IMG/VR virus record: IMGVR_UViG_2740892235_000013
From: a virus
Lineage: Duplodnaviria; Heunggongvirae; Uroviricota; Caudoviricetes
Direction: 5' to 3' (one strand)
DNA: 7,942 nt
The notes beneath the pieces are model-generated. The model had not been told where the DNA came from. It was given only the letters and a program-made list of their open reading frames with translations, and searched no databases. The position numbers and the translations under genes were made by a program. Positions 1 to 6,002 of this stretch are shown here, piece after piece. The stretch's first letter is position 1. Each line of letters begins with the position of its first letter.

Positions 1-137
1 ATGCCGAGAATAATCGAATTACGCCAGCAGAAAACCGCCATTAAAAATCAGATGCGCGACATGCTGGAGAACGCGGAAAAAGAAAACCGCAGTCTTAACG
101 ATGCTGAGGGCGCAAAATTTGACGAATTACGCGCTAA
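1..137 (+). CDS. Orphan 5' fragment (45 codons) of a second major-capsid gene copy, truncated by the N run at 138-147
   Basis: Bases 1-137 match 538-674 (start of the capsid gene) with 2 substitutions: codon 2 ccg vs cag (Pro vs Gln) and cgc vs cgt (synonymous). Translation MPRIIELRQQKTAIKNQMRDMLENAEKENRSLNDAEGAKFDELRA. Followed directly by 10 N. Confidence 0.6.
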
Positions 138-147
138 NNNNNNNNNN
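138..147. other. Assembly gap (10 N); left and right flanks are not colinear
   Basis: Run of exactly 10 n. Left flank is a capsid 5' fragment, right flank is the 3' end of an unrelated ORF; unlike the other four gaps there is no tandem overlap across it. Confidence 0.9.
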
Positions 148-148
148 G

Positions 149-250
149 GATAACTTCGGAGACCTGAGAAAGGCAGTCGATCGCACTTATGCTGAAATGG
201 GTATGGATGGTGTAAGCGATGAAATATGGCGTAATTACACAGACAGCTAA
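149..250 (+). CDS. 3' terminal fragment (33 codons) of an unidentified upstream gene; 5' part lost in the gap
   Basis: Open frame from the gap edge, ...DNFGDLRKAVDRTYAEMGMDGVSDEIWRNYTDS, stop TAA 248-250, followed 6 nt later by a strong intrinsic terminator. A 33-codon open frame alone is weak evidence; the terminator placement supports it. Confidence 0.35.
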   Translation, partial: DNFGDLRKAVDRTYAEMGMDGVSDEIWRNYTDS

Positions 251-255
251 TCAAC

Positions 256-287
256 AGCCGGAGCAATCCGGCTTTTTGTTATTTTTT
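256..287 (+). terminator. Rho-independent terminator downstream of the upstream gene fragment
   Basis: Perfect 7-bp stem agccgga (256-262) / tccggct (267-273) with 4-nt loop gcaa, followed by a T-rich tract ttttgttatttttt. Confidence 0.7.
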
Positions 288-398
288 GTAAATTATTTGT
301 TCGTGGTTGTTCCACGTTGTTCACTGAGCGGATCGGCATATTTTACCCGAACTGAATCATGATTATTCTCGCCCGTGGTGCCAGGACGCTGGGGCCAC

Positions 399-446
399 TT
401 TCCCGCCTGTTAATGTGCCCGCCAATATTCATTACCAGGCGGGAAA
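399..446. promoter_or_regulatory. Perfect 11-bp inverted repeat with 26-nt spacer in the capsid leader; candidate operator or RNA structure
   Basis: tttcccgcctg (399-409) is the exact reverse complement of caggcgggaaa (436-446). It lies in a 287-bp non-coding leader (251-537) with no ORF on either strand. Confidence 0.3.
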
Positions 447-537
447 ACGATCGGTGCGATTGCTGATTTCCTTATGAAAAACGGTTGAGTGTTTGCCGCG
501 TCCTGGAGTTCCTTACTTAACCCCAGGACTTTTTTTT

Positions 538-1838
538 ATGCAGAGAATAATCGAATTACGCCAGCAGAAAACCGCCATTAAAAATCAGATGCGTGACATG
601 CTGGAGAACGCGGAAAAAGAAAACCGCAGTCTTAACGATGCTGAGGGCGCAAAATTTGACGAATTACGCGCTAAAGCTGAATCCCTCGATAAAGACATTT
701 CCCGCCTTGAAGCCATTGCAGACGAAGAGCGCAGCAAGCCAGGTAAAAGCAGTCAGACCACTGACCCCGCAGAACTACGAAACTACATTCTGACGGGTGA
801 AACCCGCGCATTAAGTACAGGCGTTCCCGCTGATGGTGGTTATACCGTTATCCCCGAGCTGAACACCGAAATCATGCGAATGCTGGCGGATGAGTCCACC
901 ATGCGCCGCATCTGTACCGTGAAGAAAATCAGCAGCAACGAGTTTAAGCAGCTTGTTTCCGCTGGCGGTGCGACCGTTAACCACGGTGAAGAGGGTAAGA
1001 CACGCGAACAGACCAGCACCCCGCAGATTAACGAGGTGAGCATTAAGCTGTATCCGGTCTATGCGTACCCGCGCACCACACAGGAAATCGTGGATTTTTC
1101 CGATGTGGACATCCTTTCATGGCTGACGGGTGAGATTGGCGACACCTTCACGGAAACCGAAGAAAGCGATCTGGTTGTGGGCGACGGTGACAAAAAAGCA
1201 AAAGGTTTTTTATCCGTACCCCGTGCAGAGAAGAACGACAAAGAGCGTGATTTTGGTTCGTTGCAGGTAATTAAACCTTCCGAATCTCTGGCGTGGACAT
1301 CTGCGGACCCGTTGATCGACCTGAAATTTGCATTACGTNNNNNNNNNNCTTTTTATCCGTACCCCGTGCAGAGAAGAACGACAAAGAGCGTGATTTTGGT
1401 ACGTTGCAGGTAATTAAACCTTCCGAATCTCTGGCGTGGACATCTGCGGACCCGTTGATCGACCTGAAATTTGCATTACGTAAAAAATACCGCAAAAACG
1501 CGGTCTGGGTGGTTAACTCCACGACGGCGGCAAAACTTCAGAAGGTGAAGAACGCGAACGGTGATTACATCTGGCGCGACCGTTTACAGGCGGGTGATCC
1601 TGATACGTTGCTGGGCCTTCCGGTCGAATATCTGGAGTTTATGCCTGATAACGTTATTGCCCTGGGTGACTTCAAACGCGGTTACTACATTGTTGATCAC
1701 GAAACAGGTGTTCGCACCAGACCGGACAACCTCACAGAGCCGGGCTTCATCAAAATTTTCACGCAGAAATATTTAGGCGGTGGCGTGGTGGATTCGAACG
1801 CGATCAAGATTCTGGAACTGCCACAGGACGACGATTAA
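538..1838 (+). CDS. Major capsid protein, HK97 fold (about 385 aa once the assembly duplication is collapsed)
   Basis: ATG 538 with AGGA 525-528 upstream; stop TAA 1836-1838. N-terminal coiled-coil delta-domain-like region (IIELRQQKTAIKNQMRDMLENAEKENRSLNDAEGAKFDELRAKAESLDKDISRLEAI), then HK97-capsid-like blocks (GGYTVIPEL, LVVGDGDKKAKGFL, YIWRDRLQAGDPDTLLGLPVEY, GDFKRGYYIVDHETG). The frame is broken only by the N run at 1339-1348 plus a 133-bp duplication (143 nt net, not a multiple of 3). Collapsed length is 1158 bp. Confidence 0.9.
1206..1481. repeat. Tandem near-identical overlap (1206-1338 and 1349-1481) around the 10-N gap at 1339-1348; assembly artefact inside the capsid gene
   Basis: The sequence right of the gap restarts 133 bp upstream of where the left copy ends. 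One substitution between copies (ggttcg vs ggtacg, Ser vs Thr). Confidence 0.85.
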
Positions 1839-1848
1839 CAGCATACAG

Positions 1849-1877
1849 AAGGGGCTTAAAAGCCCCTTTAGTGTTTT
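1849..1877 (+). terminator. Intrinsic terminator or attenuator immediately after the capsid gene
   Basis: 8-bp perfect stem aaggggct (1849-1856) / agcccctt (1861-1868), loop taaa, then tagtgtttt. The T tract is interrupted, so this may be a partial terminator. Confidence 0.6.
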
Positions 1878-1892
1878 ATGGGTGAAAAAATT

Positions 1893-2450
1893 ATGAAGAG
1901 TATGGAAATCCGGTCATCGGAAATCACCACCAGCGGAGCCGGTACGCTGACGGGCTACGTTGTTCGCTGGGATAAGCTTTCAGAACTGTTATGGGGTGAG
2001 TTTTACGAAAAATTCCAGCGGGGAGCGTTTACTGAATGGCTTGCAGCGGGTAATGACGTTCGCGGCCTGTATGAGCATGACCACAGCATGTTACTGGGGC
2101 GTACCCGTTCCGGCACGCTGAAACTGGAAGAGGACGAAACAGGGTTACGCTTTGAACTGACCCCACCGGATACCAGCACAGGGCGGGACGTTATCGAACT
2201 GGTTAAACGTGGTGATATATCCGGCATGAGCTTTGGCTTTCGTTCCCGTAAGGATGTATGGGATACCACAACAGAACCATGCGTGCGCACCGTGCTGGTG
2301 GCGGAACTGTACGAAATTACCGTTACATCCGTTCCGGCTTACCCTGATTCCGGCGTGGAGCTGGCCCGCCGTTCCCTGTATGAGCAGCACCCCGAAAAAA
2401 TGCCGCGTGCGGATAATCGCCGCTGGTGGGTGGATTTAGCGGGGGTGTGA
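1893..2450 (+). CDS. Prohead (head maturation) protease, HK97 family (peptidase S78-like)
   Basis: Family-typical His block (LYEHDHSMLLGRTRSGTL) and Ser block (DISGMSFGF). ATG 1893 has GGTGA 7 nt upstream; the in-frame ATG at 1878 has no RBS and sits inside the terminator T tract, so 1893 is preferred. Stop TGA 2448-2450. Confidence 0.88.
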   Translation: MKSMEIRSSEITTSGAGTLTGYVVRWDKLSELLWGEFYEKFQRGAFTEWLAAGNDVRGLYEHDHSMLLGRTRSGTLKLEEDETGLRFELTPPDTSTGRDVIELVKRGDISGMSFGFRSRKDVWDTTTEPCVRTVLVAELYEITVTSVPAYPDSGVELARRSLYEQHPEKMPRADNRRWWVDLAGV

Positions 2451-2451
2451 T

Positions 2452-3829
2452 ATGTGGCCTTTCAGAAGAAAAAAAGAGCAGCGCAGCATGACGCTTGATG
2501 AATTTATGGCGCTGGCTGGCACATCGAACACGGGGGCGGGTGAGTACGTATCATCGGGGACAGCGGAATCACTGCCCGCCGTCATGAACGCCGTCACGGT
2601 CATCTCTGAGGCGGTGGCTACCATGCCGTGTTACCTGTACCTGGTACGCAATGAGAAGGGGAAGGAGGCCCGCGAGTGGCTTGATTCTCATCCGGTCGAT
2701 CACATCCTCAACGAGCGCCCGAACGCATGGCAAACCCCCTACCAGTTTAAGCGAATGATGATCCGCCACTGCCTGTTAAACGGTAATGCTTATGCGGTGA
2801 TTCAGTGGGGGCGTGATGGTTTTCCGGTGGCTTTACATCCTTACCCGCCGCAGTCGGTGAACGTGGAGCAGACAGGTGAGCATAACTGGCGCTACTGCAT
2901 CACTGACGCCTACACCGGAAACACCCGCAACTATTTACCGTGGGAGGTTCTCCACCTTCGTTACTCCACGGATGACGGTTTTATGGGGCGCTCACCTGTA
3001 ACCATCTGCCGCGAATCGCTGGGGCTTGGGCTGGCCCAACAACGCCACGGCGCGAGCGTGATGCGTGATGGCATGATGGCGGCAGGGGTTATCACGTCAG
3101 GCGAATGGCTGGACGGCGTGAAGGGCAAACAGGCATTAGCCGCACTGGAACGCTACAAAGGGGCCAGAAACGCCGGAAAAACGCCCATCCTTGAAGGGGG
3201 TATGAGCTATCAGCAGCTGGGCATGAGTAATCAGGATGCTGAATGGCTGGCCTCCCGTCGCTTCACCATTGAAGACATCGCCCGAATGTTCAACGTCTCG
3301 CCGATTTTTTTNNNNNNNNNNTAAAGGGGCCAGAAACGCCGGAAAAACGCCCATCCTTGAAGGTGGCATGAGTTACCAGCAGCTGGGCATGAGTAACCAG
3401 GATGCTGAATGGCTGGCCTCCCGTCGCTTCACCATTGAAGACATCGCCCGAATGTTCAACGTCTCGCCGATTTTTTTGCAGGAATACAGCAACAGCACCT
3501 ACAGCAATTTCAGCGAGGCAAGCCGCGCATTTCTCACCATGACGATGCGCCCGTGGCTGGCGAACTTTGAGCAGCAGATAAAAAACGCCCTGCTGGTGGC
3601 CTCGCCTGTACCTGGTATCCGGTATCAGGTGGAGTTTGACAGCGCGGACCTGTTACGGGCCACACCTGGCGAACGCTTTGCCACCTATGAGCGCGGCATC
3701 AAATCCGGCGTTATGTGTCCGAACGAAGCCCGCGAACGTGAAGGACTGTCACCGCGTGATGGTGGTGATGAGTTCAGCCAGGCATGGAAACAGGAAGTAA
3801 AAATCAGCGAGGGAGAAAAACCGGAATGA
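2452..3829 (+). CDS. Portal protein, HK97 family (about 403 aa once the duplication is collapsed)
   Basis: ATG 2452 is 1 nt after the protease stop. Portal-like sequence throughout (RESLGLGLAQQ, GMSNQDAEWLASRRFTIEDIARMFNVSP, PWLANFEQQI). Frame broken only by the N run at 3312-3321 plus a 155-bp duplication (166 nt net). Stop TGA 3827-3829. Confidence 0.9.
3157..3477. repeat. Tandem near-identical overlap (3157-3311 and 3323-3477) around the 10-N gap at 3312-3321; assembly artefact inside the portal gene
   Basis: The copies differ at 5 positions, all synonymous third-codon changes (ggg/ggt, ggt/ggc, agc/agt, tat/tac, aat/aac). Confidence 0.85.
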
Positions 3830-4460
3830 ACATAGGGCGACTGCGTGACAGGGTAACGATTCAGACCCTGAAACAGACCAGGGATATAACCGGCGAAATA
3901 CTCGAAACGTGGGAGGACAGTCACACACTCTGGGCAAGCGTGAACATGGTCAGCAGCAAGGAGGCCATTTCATCGGGTGCAGAGCTGGCGATTGGTACCG
4001 TAAGGATCTGGATACGGTACCGGAAGGACATCAGCGCCACCAGCCGGATAAAGGTCAATACGGGGCCGCTGGCGGGGCGTGTACTGAATATCATCGGGCA
4101 GCCGCTGCCGGATGCCGCCAGGACACGCCTTGAAATTCNNNNNNNNNNATAACGATTCAGACCCTGAAACAGACCAGAGCCATGACGGGCGAAATACTCG
4201 AAACGTGGGAGGACGGTCACACACTCTGGGCAAGCGTGAACATGATCAGCAGCAAGGAGGCCATTTCATCGGGCGCAGAGCTGGCGATTGGTACCGTAAG
4301 GATCTGGATACGGTACCGGAAGGACATCAACGCCACCAGTCGGATAAAGGTCAGTACGGGGCCGCTGGCGGGGCGTGTACTGAATATCATCGGGCAGCCG
4401 CTGCCGGATGCCGCCAGGACACGCCTTGAAATTCTTTGTCGTGAGGGCGCGGAAAAATGA
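3826..4460 (+). CDS. Head-closure / head-tail joining protein (SPP1 gp16-like family), 112 aa once collapsed
   Basis: ATG 3826 overlaps the portal stop (ATGA). Family-like pattern LRDRVTIQ...GE..ETWED.HTLWASV...S.KEAISSGAELAIGTVRIWIRYRKDI. Frame interrupted by the N run at 4139-4148 plus a 286-bp duplication (296 nt net). Stop TGA 4458-4460. Confidence 0.8.
3854..4434. repeat. Tandem near-identical overlap (3854-4138 and 4150-4434) around the 10-N gap at 4139-4148; assembly artefact inside the head-closure gene
   Basis: About 10 substitutions between copies, including amino-acid changes (DI/AM, S/G, V/I, S/N, N/S) and synonymous changes. Confidence 0.85.
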
Positions 4461-4916
4461 CAGAAGAACTTATCACCCTGGAAGAAGTGAAACTCCATTG
4501 CCGCATCGATGGCGACGATGAAGACCAGTTAATCAGCGGATACATTGCCGCATCGCTTGAGGCGTGCCAGATACACATAGGCAGGCGCTTTGATGACGGG
4601 CTGGAGTTCACGCCAGCCATAAAGATTGGCTGCATGATGTTTATCGCTCACCTGTANNNNNNNNNNTATCGATGGCGACGAGGAAGACCAGTTAATCAGC
4701 GGATACATTGCCGCATCGCTTGAGGCGTGCCAGATACATATAGGCAGGCGCTTTGATGACGGGCTGGAGTTCACGCCAGCCATAAAGATTGGCTGCATGA
4801 TGTTTATCGCTCACCTGTATGAGAATCGCCAGATTGTCGCGGATAACGCAAAAACACGCGTACCCATGACGATTGGCGCACTCTGGACGGCTTACCGTGA
4901 TGTGGGGGTGTACTGA
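4457..4916 (+). CDS. gp6-like head-tail connector protein, 98 aa once collapsed
   Basis: ATG 4457 overlaps the upstream stop (ATGA). N-terminus MTEELITLEEVKLHCRIDGDDEDQLISGYIAASLEA is typical of gp6-like connectors. Frame interrupted by the N run at 4657-4666 plus a 152-bp duplication (163 nt net). Stop TGA 4914-4916. Confidence 0.75.
4505..4819. repeat. Tandem near-identical overlap (4505-4656 and 4668-4819) around the 10-N gap at 4657-4666; assembly artefact inside the connector gene
   Basis: Two substitutions between copies: gat/gag (Asp/Glu) and cac/cat (synonymous). Confidence 0.85.
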
Positions 4917-5356
4917 TGCCGTGGCAACCATTAAGACGATGCACAGAACCAGGCTGTAACAGGCGCGTTAAATCCGGCAAGTGTGAGGAGCACAGGCGGG
5001 CGGCATGGCGTGCAGAGGATGCCAGACGAGGACACCGCCGCGCGCGTGGATATTCCAGACAGTGGGACAAATACCGCGCCATGTATCTGAGTAAAAACCC
5101 GTTATGCGTGCGATGCCTTGAGAAGGGGATATATACGCCCGCCGTGGTGGTGGATCACATTATCCCGATTAATGGCGGTGATGATGTTCTCTTCTGGCCC
5201 GAATGGAACCATCAACCATTGTGCCAGGCGTGTCATAACCAGAAAACGAAATGGCTTGATCCGGCAACAAAAAGCAAGCGTGCCGCAGGTGGATTTCGTG
5301 AAGAGGAAGAACGGGCCGCTAACCGCAATAACTGGATGTATGACGCTGATGAATGA
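4916..5356 (+). CDS. HNH endonuclease (phage packaging-associated type), 146 aa
   Basis: ATG 4916 overlaps the connector stop (TGATG). Cys-rich N-terminus (CTEPGCNRRVKSGKCEEH) and HNH core (VVDHIIPINGG...NHQPLCQACHNQKT). Stop TGA 5354-5356. Confidence 0.9.
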   Translation: MPWQPLRRCTEPGCNRRVKSGKCEEHRRAAWRAEDARRGHRRARGYSRQWDKYRAMYLSKNPLCVRCLEKGIYTPAVVVDHIIPINGGDDVLFWPEWNHQPLCQACHNQKTKWLDPATKSKRAAGGFREEEERAANRNNWMYDADE

Positions 5357-5522
5357 GCGGGAGCAAAACCGCCTTATCCGTGGACTTATAAGGCAGCGTG
5401 ACGCATGGAAGACACAGGAAACAGGGCATAAAGATAAAGCGTCAGGACGCGCAGAACGCATCACAGCGAAGCGATTAACCGACCGTGACCGCGAGGTTAT
5501 GGAATGTTTCCGCAATCGCTGA
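5349..5522 (+). CDS. Small hypothetical protein (57 aa, Arg/Lys-rich)
   Basis: ATG 5349 overlaps the HNH stop by 8 nt (ATGAATGA). Translation MNEREQNRLIRGLIRQRDAWKTQETGHKDKASGRAERITAKRLTDRDREVMECFRNR. No clear RBS, so translation would have to be coupled. No recognisable family. Confidence 0.4.
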   Translation: MNEREQNRLIRGLIRQRDAWKTQETGHKDKASGRAERITAKRLTDRDREVMECFRNR

Positions 5523-5645
5523 TGAGGCTGTATGACGGGGTGGGGGGCGTTTTCAGGACCAACCCGACCCCGCCGGGCACCGAACGCCTCCTCAAATTTT
5601 TATGCACGGGAATTTTTTGAAAAATAATCTGGCGAAAAAATAAGC
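5523..5645. promoter_or_regulatory. Non-coding spacer upstream of terS; candidate cos/packaging-initiation region
   Basis: 123 bp with no ORF. G-run gacggggtggggggcgttttcagg followed by C-rich caacccgaccccgccgggcaccg, then an AT-rich tract (aaatttttatgcacgggaattttttgaaaaataat). Sits between HNH and terS, where cos lies in HK97-type phages. Confidence 0.35.
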
Positions 5646-6002
5646 ATGGCAAGACCACCGAAAGCCCCCGCCTACCTGGATGATATCGCCGTGAAGCAGT
5701 GGCGGGAAAAATCGCGGCAGCTTGCGGAACGGGGAGACCTGACCCCCGCCGACTGGAGCAATCTGGAACTGTATTGTGTCAACTACTCCATTTACCGGAA
5801 AGCCGTTGCAGACCTTGCGGCGCGCGGGTTCAGCATTGTTAACAGTCAGGGCGGCGAGAGCAGAAACCCCGCATTAAGCGCAAAATCCGACGCTGAAAGA
5901 GTGATGATAAAAATGGCCTCCTTGCTCGGTTTTGACCCGATAAGCCGCCGTAAAAATCCACCGGAAACAGAAGAAGAGGACGAGCTTGACCGCCTGGAAT
6001 AA
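5646..6002 (+). CDS. terS: Terminase small subunit, P27 family, 118 aa
   Basis: ATG 5646, stop TAA 6000-6002. P27-family-like pattern (LTPADWSNLELYCVNYSIYRKA...NPALSAKSDAERVMIKMASLLGFDPISRRK) with an acidic C-terminus. Confidence 0.85.
   Translation: MARPPKAPAYLDDIAVKQWREKSRQLAERGDLTPADWSNLELYCVNYSIYRKAVADLAARGFSIVNSQGGESRNPALSAKSDAERVMIKMASLLGFDPISRRKNPPETEEEDELDRLE

Noticed and set aside
493-537. An N-terminal extension of the capsid protein from TTG 493 (MPRPGVPYLTPGLFF...)
   Set aside because: ATG 538 has an AGGA upstream and the independent second copy at position 1 begins exactly at the corresponding ATG. The extension would also destroy the RBS region, so 538 is preferred.
3909-4429. 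Gly/Arg/Ala-rich ORFs 3909-4133 and 4112-4429, which recur as a duplicate pair
   Set aside because: They are the +1-frame reading of the duplicated head-closure gene segment; the recurrence is caused by the assembly duplication, not by a repeated gene.
1206-4819. Possible CRISPR array or biological tandem repeats, suggested by the repeated 133-286 bp blocks
   Set aside because: Each block has only two copies, the blocks are unrelated to one another, they are protein-coding, and each pair straddles an N run. There is no short repeat-spacer periodicity.
538-4916. Apparent pseudogenes: truncated or frameshifted capsid, portal, head-closure and connector ORFs in the track
   Set aside because: Every disruption coincides exactly with a 10-N run plus a tandem overlap; collapsing the overlap restores an intact ORF, so these are assembly artefacts rather than gene decay.
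5118-5522. The long 134-aa version of the ORF starting at 5118
   Set aside because: Its first 77 codons are an alternative frame inside the well-supported HNH gene. Only the portion after the HNH stop (from ATG 5349) is plausible.
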